This document shows positions 40,801 through 51,422 of a stretch of DNA of 64,000 nt, piece by piece (position 1 is the stretch's first letter; every line of letters begins with the position of its first letter). A program made the position numbers and the translations under genes. The DNA comes from Pristiophorus japonicus (taxonomy: Eukaryota), in NCBI RefSeq assembly GCF_044704955.1, contig NW_027250648.1, positions 3,286,001 to 3,350,000 on the forward strand, written 5' to 3'. The notes under the pieces were generated by a model. That model made no database searches, was not told the origin of the DNA, and was given only the letters and a program-made list of their open reading frames with translations.

Positions 40801-41470
40801 AGAACACCCTGCTTGACTAGGGATTTTATGGTGTCTCGGATGTAAGGGTGACTCTCCCTTGTGATGGGGTACTGTTGAGTGAATGAGTGGGGGGGGGGGG
40901 ATCCCTCAATAGATTCCTCGCCTGCCATTTTCCACAGTCATGCTTGCACGTGGCAAACACCGCTAGGTGTTCCTGAATTAGTTTCGACACAGCTTCATTT
41001 TCGCTCCCTGGAGTGTCATACTCAGATGGCTTTTTAATAGCAAAAACTGAGTGAGCATCTGAAATTTCCATTACTCCTGTCTTATCTCTCAATCCCATCC
41101 AAACACAGTCCTGATTATAATCTATCACCGTGCCATACTGATCCAACACATCAGTCCCTAAAATTCCCCTTCCGTCGGGGATGGTCATCAGCATAGGTGC
41201 TGGGACCTTACAGGTGAGACCTCCCAACTGAAGTTCAGTGGCCTTCCCTGTATACACGGTGGTTGTATCACCATTAAACCCTTTAAGGGTCATATAACTT
41301 TTGCCCGTGACCGCATGGTGTTCAGGGTATGGGATGTGGATGATGGTAAAGTCTGAGCCAGTATCGATAAGCATAATCTGCTGTCTGCCCCCTTTAAAGA
41401 CAACAATGACTACTGGTCTTCCACTATCATCACGCCAGAACCCCACTTCCGACCAATGTTTGGGGACCAA
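37865..41470 (-). pseudogene. pol of the LTR element: PR, RT, degenerate RNase H (tether), RNase H, IN
   Basis: ORF pieces 40826-41470, 40156-40524, 39651-40064, 38971-39576, 38098-38959; GPY/F-like WWGPHKI near 37990. Confidence 0.88.
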
Positions 41471-43262
41471 ACCCTGTTATAGAGTCGATCCTGGAATGGA
41501 TCTCTCTAATGAGTGCATCGGCAATTGCGTGCAGCGGTAAATGATTTTGCATCCTCCCCGTGGCAATTTGGGTTTGTATAAAAGTTATCAATTGATCCAA
41601 TCGTTGATCTGTCCTAGAGGGCTTGGATTCATTACTCAGGAGGTATCTATGTGTTGCATCATGGTTCGGTGCTGGCCTGGGTTTGCTGCAGTCTTTTGCT
41701 AGATGGCCTACCTTTTTACAATTAAAGCACTGTCCCTTAAAGGGGTGGTTTCGAGATCCCTCAACCATTGACACTGGTTTATTTGCAGTGGGTGGTGACT
41801 TCACCTTTAACTGGTCTTTTACCATCTCCCAGGCTCTTTGAGCGCTGGTCTCTATATCTGTCCACTGATTGGTGGGCCTCATGGCTATTCGCAGGGTGGT
41901 TTTAACTAAAGGGTGGAGTTGGGTCAGGAACATAGATTTAAATTGTTCCTGATTCTTTCCTGCTGTAGCATTTGCGGGTGCCTGGTTCTGCGTGCATTGA
42001 TAGATATCGTACAGGCGATTACTGAAGGCTCTAGGGGTCCTCTTCTGGGTGCTGCTTGGTCTGATTAAGCAGAGCCACTAAGTTCCAGTTTCAGATCCCT
42101 AAATGGTTCAGGATCTCGGTCATGAGTGCATCGGCCGCTGCGACAGGCTGGAGGACTGCTTCTGGCAGATTATCTTTTCGGGAAGTGGAACAGGCCAAGA
42201 AGAGGACTCGTGTTAAGTCTCTCTCTTCCAACTCGGGGTGACCCCTCCTGAAATTTGCCCACCTCCTATTAACTTCCAGTGGGTCATCCCCATCATTAAT
42301 GGGCCCCAACTCGTGGCTACATGCCATGGCGTCAGCACCGGATATAAGCCATGAGTCGGTATGGTTACTGGTGATGCGACCGTGCGTATTACGTCGTAAA
42401 GAAGTGATTACTATGGCTACAGTTGGCTCTTGTGTCTCCAAGGTATCCCATCCGGCACCACCCTCCTGGGAATTATACTGACTTCCTTCCTCTTCCCGAT
42501 CTGTCTCCCCTTGTCCCCTTCTGCTGTCTGTTATCTCTCCCCGTGTTACTGCGGATACCAGGGCCTGCTGCTCCCCCAACTTACTTTTTAGCCTCGCTAT
42601 TTCTAGTTGGCACTGGGAGTAATCTGCCTCCCTATGTGGCTTCTTAATGACTTCCCTTAATGTGCCCCTACCATCTTCTATCTCTTGCTGGAGCCTCAAG
42701 TTTTCCAATTTATATTTTTTTAAATTCTAATTTGTTTTCATTTGTTTCAACAGCTGCGGTGGCATTTAAGTTTGAAAGGTTTTATTGCTGTAGCAGTGAA
42801 GCTGCCTGTTGGGCCCCTCTTTCTAATTGCTTAATACTGTGGTTTGATTAGCCCATTTCTTGTCTTAAATGCTGTATTTTTCCCTCTTTTAACTGCTTCA
42901 CAAGTTGGAGGCCTTCTTCCTTTTGTTGTTTTATACCTTCCATCTCTCTTTTATTTGAATCTCTTTTACTTGCAATTCTTTCAAATCTTGTATCACTTTA
43001 GCATCTTGCCTCATTAATTCCTCATCTCTTCTGGCACAATAAAATGCGCTGAATGTCACGAGACTGTTTGCCCGTTTTGGCCGTATCTCTCCCTTATCTA
43101 CCCTCTCCTGGATAAGTTTCACCATCTACCCAAATGACGCACGTCTAACCTCATGCCGTGCCTGTGCCTTTAACTCTTCTACATCTTGTATCGGGAGCTT
43201 TTTGGACAACTTTTCCTGATAAATTGCTCAACATTACTTTTTATTGTTGGCTTTCTGTCCAT
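41430..43262 (-). pseudogene. gag of the LTR element (coiled-coil-like N-terminus, CCHC knuckle)
   Basis: ORF pieces 42931-43125, 42091-42708, 41430-41933. Confidence 0.75.
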
Positions 43263-43964
43263 GACCGATCCCTTTATCCTGTGTCTTTTGAATATAACTC
43301 CTGGTGGGTCCCCACTTAAACAGCTCCAACCCACCCCATTTAAACAGTTACAACTATCGAGACGACCGCTCTACTTTTTAAAGAGACAATTTCTCCTGAT
43401 CCGTTTAATCATTTCAATTATACTCGCAACACAGATTAGAATCACAACTCCCGAGATTTCCAATTGTTCAAAAGAATCATCAAAAAGCTGTCTCGTCAGA
43501 TGCCCACATTCTCCATCAATTGTAAGATTCCTAAATCTCTGGGCTTAAATTTGACAGTGAGACGATTCTTTCAAAACAATTGGAACAGTTTATTAAAAAC
43601 ACACACACATGTACATTATTATGAGTCATCAATTATGTTATAACAGAGCTACAATAACAAACGATATACATTACTTCCCTTTGGTTTGAACTCACGGCTT
43701 GCTGTTGCAGCTGGTCTTAAAAGGGATGTCTCGTGCTGTGTGTCCAAGAGAGAGAGAAAAAAGTCTTTGCCTGAGTTCTTTATACTTCTCAAAGCCATTG
43801 TTCCTCAAAAAACCTCCGGATTGGACCTTGGTTCCAGGGCAGTTCCTTATTGGCTCCCCTCACACATGTGGCTGTCTATACTAGCTCAGCCATCTCTTTA
43901 TTAGGTTAATTGCTTTTCCATTAACACAATACACACAAGCCATGTGGCAACCTGTGGGGGCTTT

Positions 43965-45464
43965 CATAGAAACATAGAAAATAGGTGCAGGAGCAGGCCA
44001 TTCGGCCCTTCGAGCCTGCACCACCATTCAATAAGATCATGGCTGATCATGCAACTTCAGTACTTCAGTTCTGCCTTCTCTCCGTAACCCCTGATCCCTT
44101 TAGCCATAAGGGCCACATCTAACTCCCTTTGACTATATCCAATGAACTGGACTCAACAACTTTCTGTGGTAGAGAATTCCACAGGTTCACAATTCTCTGG
44201 GTGAAAACATTTCTCCTCATCTCGGTCCTAGATGGCTTACCCCTTATCCTGAGACTGTGATCCCTGGTTCTGGACTTCCCCATCATCAGGAACATTCTTC
44301 CTGCATCTAACCTGTCCAATCCCGTCAGAATTTTATATGATTCTATGCGATCCCCTCTCATTCTTCTAAATTCCAGTGAATATAAGCCTGGTCGATCCAG
44401 TCTTTCTTCATATGTCAGTCCTGCCATCCCGGGAATCAGTCTGGTGAACCTTCGCTGCACTCCTTTCAATATCAAAAATGTCCTTCCTCAGATTAGGAGA
44501 CCAAAATTGCACACAATACTCAAGGTGTGGTCTCACCAAGGCCCTGTACAATGGCAGCAAGACCTCCCTGCTCCTACACTCAAATCCCCTCGCTATGAAG
44601 GCCAACGTGCCATTTGCTTTCTTTACTGCCTGCTGTACCTGCATGCCTACTATCAATGACTGATGTACCATGACACTCAGATCTCGTTGCACCTCCCCTT
44701 TTACTAATCTGTCACCATTCAGATCATAATATACCTTCCTGTTTTTGCCACCAAAGTGGACAACCTCACACTTATCCACATTATACTGTATCTGCCATGC
44801 ATTTGCCCACTCACCTAACATGTCCAATTCACCCTGCAGCCTCTTAGCATCCTCCTCACAGCTCACACTGCCACCCAGCTTAGTGTCATCTGCAAACTTG
44901 GAGATATTACATTCAATTCCTTCATCTAAATCATTAATATATATTGTAAATAGCTGGGGTCCCAGCACCGAACCTTGCAGTACCCCACTAGCCTGCCATT
45001 CTGAAAAGGACCCGCTTATTCCTACTCTTTGCTTTCTGTCTGCCAACCAGTTCTCTATCCACGTCAATACATTACCCCCAATCCCATGTGCTTTAATTTT
45101 GCACACTAATCACTTTTGTGGGACCTTGTCAATAGCCTTTTCAAAGTCCAAATACACCACATCCACTGGTTCTCCCTTATCCACTCTACTAATTACATCC
45201 TCAAACAATTTTAGAAGATTTGTCAAGCATGATTTCCCTTTCATAAATCCATGCTGACTTGGATTGATCCTGTCACTGCTTTCCAAATGCGCTGCAATTA
45301 CATCTTTAAATAATTGATTTCAGCATTTTCCCCATTACCGATGTCAGGCAAACTGGTCTATAATTCCCTGGTTTCTTTTTCCCTCCTATTTTAAAAAGTA
45401 GGGTTACATTAGCTACCCTCCAGTCCATCGGAACTGATCCAGAGTCCATGGAATGTTGGAAAAT
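43965..45464 (-). mobile_element. 5'-truncated CR1 inserted in the 5' LTR
   Basis: RT ORF pieces 44408-45106 and 44119-44475; TTTCTATG tail. Confidence 0.95.
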
Positions 45465-46151
45465 TTAATTTTGTTTCTTTTGTTTCAAAACTCAGCTTAT
45501 GCTGGCAACCTGTGGGCTTCCAATTTGTTTCAACACAAACAGGCCTTACCGTATAATCTACACTTTTAACATTTCTACATACATAGAATCAATGTTCATC
45601 ATTAATAAACACATTTATTCTTACACACTGCCTGTGGAAAGAGCTTGAACCAGTTACACAGCCTGAAAAAAACGAGGCTTCAACTGATTGTCCAACCTGG
45701 TCACCTGCACCACAGAGAAACCATGGAAATGTGGGGATTGTGGGAAGGGATTCAATTACCCGTCCCAGCTGGATATTCATTGATGCATTCACACCGGGGA
45801 GAAGCTGTTCACATGCTCCATGTGTGGGAAGGGATTCACTCAGTTATCCAAGCTGCTGACACACCAGCGAGTTCACACTGGGGAGAGACTGTTCACCTAC
45901 ATTGAGTGTGGGTAACCTCCGACACACCGACTTGTTCACACTGTTAAGAGATTATTTAAATTTTCTGACTGTGTGAAGAACTTTAAAAGCACAAAGGATC
46001 TGCTGACTCACCACGTACTCACACTGGGGAGAGGCTGTTCACCGGCTCAGAGTGGGAAGAGATTCGCTCAGTCATGCACTCCGCTCAGACACCAGCGAGT
46101 TCACAACTAACTACAGTGGTTGGATTCTGCTGTTATTGCTGCGGTTAATCA

Positions 46152-46742
46152 CGGCAGCATGGAGCCCCCGACCTGCGAGAAACCACCGGCCGCAGGTCGG
46201 GGCCATAAAAGGAGCGGAGGTGCGGCGGTCTGGAACATGGAGGCCACTTCAGGGAGCAGCGCGAGCTGGTGCAGGAGGGCGACAACTTGGAGAAAGGCAA
46301 CTGGATTGGATGTCACCAAAATCAAGGTCGCTGATTGGACCGTGGGCAGGTACAGCAGGAGCGCGAGGTCGGGCGAAGAAGCAGCAAGAGATTGTAGAAC
46401 GACATGATCGGGGCCCAGGAGAGGCGTGAGTTCTGGGCCCAGAAGAGACGATGGCCAAGGGGCAGCACGGCCTAGCCCACACTGCGCTATGTGTGTGCAC
46501 TAGGTCCGTGCAGCAGAGCTGGTTTCCATTTGCCACTGGAACAAGACCTAGTTCTGTCAAGCCCTGTGGTGGCTGGTGTGCAACGGCCACCACACATTAA
46601 TAAAATCCACGCACAGCATCTTCCACCCTTCAATATGGAGTTCGGGACCTGGAATGTCAGGTCCATCATTGAAACACCTGTGAACTCATCCCTTTTTGGT
46701 GGGGAAGCAAGTCATCCTCGATATGAGGGATCACCTAAGAAG
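46152..46742 (+). mobile_element. Non-autonomous RTE-derived retroposon (internally deleted)
   Basis: TSD TAATCA (46146-46151, 46743-46748); contains MEFGTWNVRS, typical of an RTE endonuclease start, followed directly by a 3' tail. Confidence 0.65.
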
Positions 46743-46912
46743 TAATCAAATCCAGGACTGAATCATGTTCACTGTAGCCATCATGCTTTATTTCTGCTGA
46801 TGTTAATAACCCCTATAAACTGGGCTTGAGTTTAATATTCTGGATAAATATGAAATAAATCAGCTTTTTTCAAACACTGTCGAATATTTGCTTTTTCCAT
46901 GAAAAAAACTAA

Positions 46913-49065
46913 GTGCTAGACTTTCCACTATGATCGCCATCGCCCGAAAATGGGCGATATTTCTGGCCTCAGTGTTTTTTTATTTTTCATGATCGCTGGA
47001 ATATAGCCCATTTTAAAAAGTGTTAGTTTCGCCTTTATATTTTGGGCAACAGCCTTAGCAATGTGAAATGGACCTTAGCGATGTATTCAGTCATGCAAGG
47101 CTGGCGTCCATAGCAGCGGGTGTTCTGCACATGGGCTTTTTTTTTTTAGCAGACGTTTTCCCGCGATTCGGGAGTTCAGGGGTCATGTGCGCATACTCAG
47201 AAGAGTGAAAGAGAGGGAGAGAGAGAAGAAGAGAGAAAGCAAGCAGTCTGATACCTTGAAAGATGTCTAGTGATACGAGTATGCAGCAGGAGGAACTGTC
47301 AGCGAGAAGGAGAGCGAAAGCCTTCTCGGATGAGGCGAATGAGGCCCTCGTTAATGAGGTGGAGAATAGGTGAGGACAATTAACCTGGGGTGTGCGTGGG
47401 TAACCTCCCCCTCCCCCCCGGACTTATCAAAAAATATGGGGCGATATCACCGCCGTTTCTTCTGTGGCCCACGATAGGCGTGAGGCAGATCAGTGCCGCA
47501 AGAGGTGGAACAGCCTGGTTGCTTCAGCAAAAGTAAGTATTAAATTGTTTTATTTTAAATTGTAATGATCCACTGAATGAATTAGAATGTAAATCTGCCG
47601 ATTGTAATTAAGCCGGGTAATCTTGGGTAGCTTCTCCGTTAAGATTTGCACTGGGGTCGGAACCTCCACCTTTAAGTCCAATTTTGCTCAGTATTAATTA
47701 TTATTTAAAGGAATGACTGGAAACAGACAAACCGCAAACATTCGGCATTTCTATCGCGTTAGTTTAGGAGAATTTTTGTGTGCTGTGAGCAAGTCTTTAA
47801 CTTGGGCACCATCTCCTTTTCGGTTACGTTGGTGGACTGAGCACTGAGGGGTCTGGTCACCTTCACCCAGACTGTGTCATTCTCTCCAGCTGCTGTCACT
47901 CACACAATGATCCAACCTGGACTGGGGGAGAGCTGCCCTGGCTCACTGTCTGCCCTGGGATACTTTAGGACATTAGCTCCGGCCACACGGAGGTCTCCGA
48001 GCACAGCACATGGACACGGTGCCCCCTCCCATTACAGTCCTGTCATTGCCGAGCTCACCAGCGGTCCTGATTTTCTCTTCCCCCGCCCCCTGGGCGACCT
48101 CCATCAATTCAAATAACCTCCCCTCAGACGCCGAATGGCACGGCCCGTGGATGGGACCTTTCCTGGAGATTGTACACGAGATGTTTGGTGTCAAGCAATA
48201 GTTCCTAAACACGATCTTGTTAAATATTTTCTCTGAACGTAGATGTTATATCCATTGTGGGTACAAAATGTATTAGCCTATAACGTTAAGTTACGGATGA
48301 ATAGAATGTGGGGTGACAATATCTGTTGTGTTTCTGTAATAGTACTTGTCAATTAGCTTAAGCTATGCTCATGTCAGGTTTACAGAGGAAGATACCCAAG
48401 AATCATGCAGAGCAGAGACGGACTGGAGGAGGGCCTGCTGAGCTTCACCCGCTCACAGACTTGGAGGAGCATGCTGCAGTATTAGTGGTCACCCACAATC
48501 GTTCTGCCAACCGTGGTGGTGCAGATCCTGTTGTTGCACCAGGTGAGTAATGTGTAAAGCAGTAGTAAAGCTGTGGTAATTTAAAGTAATTTAATGGCAT
48601 TTCATTATAATATATGAATGATGTAATGTTATCCATGCAGCTTCTGTACTCTCAGGTTAATCATATGTAACGTCTCTTGTTCACATTTTTTGCAGTAGTG
48701 TTGCTCTTCGAACATATGCCAGCGCAGTGCAAGCATTCTCATGTCTACCCTTCTCTTCTAATAACCTCAATTATGTTTTGCAGCTACCCAGACTCCCGAG
48801 GCCCCTGCCCCAACACCTGTACCACTGTAGGTGGTCATCACCACGGGTGAGGAACAAGAATATGAGGAGGAGGAAGATGACCCAGAGTTTTCATCTGTGG
48901 TACCTGCTGCCACGTCATCATCAACAGATGAAGTAGCGGGGCCAAGCGGCTTGCAGTAGGCCACTCCAAGGCATCCAGTGCCCACGCTGACCCCGCGGAG
49001 GTTGAGTCAGCGAGGTAGGCACGCGCTGCGATGGGCAGATCCAAATGAAGACATGGTCTCACTGC
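46913..49065 (+). mobile_element. Harbinger/PIF-like DNA transposon left part with a decayed Myb/SANT-like gene
   Basis: Starts TAA|GTGCTAGACTTTCCAC; exons 47263-47532, 48386-48542 and 48784-about 49065 with phase-compatible GT-AG sites; RAKAFSDEANEALVNEVE..W..DQCRKRWNSL and RRTGGGP; stops at 47371 and 47401; no transposase seen. Confidence 0.75.
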
Positions 49066-49572
49066 CTATCACATCAAGTCCCAAACTTGTTCCGTTTGTG
49101 TACATGGCTTGTGGGTGTGATAGACTCAACTGTAGTGTCTCACTTTACACTCATCTGAAGTTCTGGTGACCCACCCCTTTATAGAACTATCTTGGATAAG
49201 ATTTTAAATGTTATTTTCTGCACCAGTTATCCCAGTTTGGATCTGATTTTTAAAAAACTCTTCCACACATGTTGCATGTGACGGCCTTTGAAATGTTCTG
49301 ATCTTTGTAATTGCCACTGTTGATTTTGATGGGTCTTGCTGATTTAATCTCTTGCACTATTTCTTCAATCGAGATCATTGTTTCACATACTTTCTTTATC
49401 ATGTCATTAGGTCCTCCATTGATCCCCATCAATAATCCTTGGTTACAGACTGGGGTTTGGGTGTAGGTTTAGGGGTTAGTGGTTGGGGCCGGTGGTTATT
49501 GGTTGGGGATAGTCGATACAATGTTCGGTTTACGAGTTAGTGATTAGGGTTAGAAACACTATTGACAACGCA
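49066..49572. repeat. Duplicated block (partner 55656-56182) ending in degenerate TTAGGG-like sequence
   Basis: Colinear high identity seen directly. Confidence 0.9.
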
Positions 49573-49659
49573 GTACGTATCGGCAAAATACGTACCGTGA
49601 TCGCGCAACTGTATCACGTGACATCACTGTAATCGACATGGTGTTTATGCTGACTCACG

Positions 49660-50248
49660 GTCATGGCCCCAAATAGGTCGCTGGCACTGTTTTTACCAAG
49701 GAGGGGAATAGAGTGTTTGTTGTCAAACTGCTTAACGGACAAACATTCAGAAAGCATTTAGACCAGACCAAATTGCGATTTACAGGTAACCAGGAACTAC
49801 TGGGAGAGGACCTTACCTTCAGCGATCCACCTACACACACCCAGTCAACAACCGGCCCAGCTGCCAACCACGAGGATGATCCCACCATCTCCAACAGTCC
49901 AGTCAGACCAACAGCTGCAAGACAGCAGTGGCCCAACCAATGTACTCATGCCAGAAGTGACACTCAGGCGATCAACCAGGGAGCGCAGAGTTCCGGATCA
50001 CCTGAACCTGTAACTAACTCGCATCAAAGACTTTGGGGTGGAGGGGAGGGGGGGAATGTTGTCATATATGTATACTCTGTGTATATACTATGCTGGTACC
50101 ACTAGATGGGAGGCCCAGGCAGGAGCTGTATAAAAGGCTGGTCACCACACGGTGAAGGCACTCTGCAGACAATAAAGAGACCAAGGTCACAGCAGTTCAA
50201 GCACAGCACTAGGCCTCGTGGAGTTATTCTACAGATAAGTACAGACAT
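49660..50248 (+). mobile_element. Gypsy 3' fragment (integrase C-terminus, PPT, 3' LTR)
   Basis: GTVFTKEGNRVFVVKLLNGQTFRKHLDQ, homologous to the end of the 7.5 kb integrase; PPT about 50035-50056; TATAAAA and AATAAA follow. Confidence 0.75.
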
Positions 50249-50251
50249 TTT

Positions 50252-51324
50252 GGGCCCAAGTTTCCACAAGAAAAAAAACGGGCGCCCCTCCGAGCGGGGC
50301 GCCCGTTTTTCGCGCCTAAAAAAATCCTCGGTATTCTCCACCTACTTACAGGTCCTCTGGCCCTCGGCGCAGCCAGCACGAGCTGTGGGGGGGCGGAGCC
50401 AGGTCCCGACGCTGAAAACAGTGCCGGGACTTCTGCACATGCGCGCTACAGTTGGCACGCAAGTGCAGTAGCTCCAGGCGCCGAACTGTGTGGGAGGGGC
50501 CCGAAGCACGCAGCCCCTAGCCCTGGCCCAATGGCTTCACTGGGGCTGCATGAATGAGGCTCCTCCCACGGCCAGCTCCTGCTTCCCACCCGACCGGACC
50601 CGACACTCACTCCCCCCACCCCCGCCGACCAGACCCGACCCGACACCTGCTCCGACCCGACACGCGCTCCCACCTCCCCCGCCGCCCCGCCCCGAGACCC
50701 GCTTCCCCCCCGCCCCGACCCGAGACCCGCTCCCCCCCGACCCGAGACCCGCTCCCCCCCGCCCCGCCCCGAGACCCGCTCCCCCCCCGCCCCGACCCGA
50801 GACCCGCTTCCCCCCCCCCCCCGACTGACCCGACCCACGCTCCTGTTCCCCGACCCGNNNNNNNNNNNNNNNNNNNNNNNNNNNNNNNNNNNNNNNNNNN
50901 NNNNNNNNNNNNNNNNNNNNNNNNNNNNNNNNNNNNNNNNNNNNNNNNNNNNNNNNNNNNNNNNNNNNNNNNNNNNNNNNNNNNNNNNNNNNNNNNNNNN
51001 NNNNNNNNNNNNNNNNNNNNNNNNNNNNNNNNNNNNNNNNNNNNNNNNNNNNNNNNNNNNNNNNNNNNNNNNNNNNNNNNNGGTTTTTTCAGTTCTATAA
51101 AAATCTTCACTGGCTCCATTCTACTTTAGTTTGGAGTACATTTTCACTGTGGAAACTTTCAAATCAGGTGTCAGTGGCCACACACGCCCCCTTTTGAAGA
51201 AAAAATTCTGTTCTAAACTAGAACTGTTGAAAAAAAAATGTGGAGAATTGCGATTTCTAAAATAGTCTGTTCTCCACCAGTTGCTCCTAAAAATCAGGCG
51301 CGAATCATGTGGAAATTTGGGCCC
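50252..51324. mobile_element. Non-autonomous TIR element (Harbinger-like MITE) spanning the assembly gap
   Basis: Terminal inverted repeats GGGCCCAAGTTTCCACA / TGTGGAAATTTGGGCCC; C-rich internal CCCGACCCGAGA repeats. Confidence 0.7.
50858..51081. other. Assembly gap (N run)
   Basis: 224 N characters. Confidence 1.
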
Positions 51325-51422
51325 ATTATTACGAACTGCTATAACTGGGCTTGAGTTTAATATTCTGGATAAATATTAAATAAATCAGCTTTTTTCAAAC
51401 ACAGTGTGTCGAATATTTGATT

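Larger units (their letters stand above)
37287..45625 (-). mobile_element. LTR retroelement with two RNase H domains and no env
   Basis: LTRs 37287-37510 (internally deleted) and 43521-45625 (CR1 inside), both TGTAAG...CTTACA; TSD CATT/CACT; PBS 43499-43518 matches the tRNA-Ala(AGC) 3' end; PPT about 37511-37522; gag CFNCKKVGHLAKDC, protease IDTGS, RT YIDD, integrase LQIDFIGPLP. Confidence 0.92.
37101..46110 (+). pseudogene. C2H2 ZNF cassette C, split (37101-37286 and 45626-46110) by an LTR element
   Basis: The two halves rejoin into the same GTGTTCCAGTGCACTGACTGTGGAAAGAGC sequence seen in cassettes B and D; multiple frameshifts and stops. Confidence 0.9.

Noticed and set aside
49445-49553. 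True interstitial telomere
   Set aside because: Only one or two exact TTAGGG units; too degenerate
50446-51129. Pro/Arg/Gly-rich ORFs
   Set aside because: Low-complexity repeat running into the N gap
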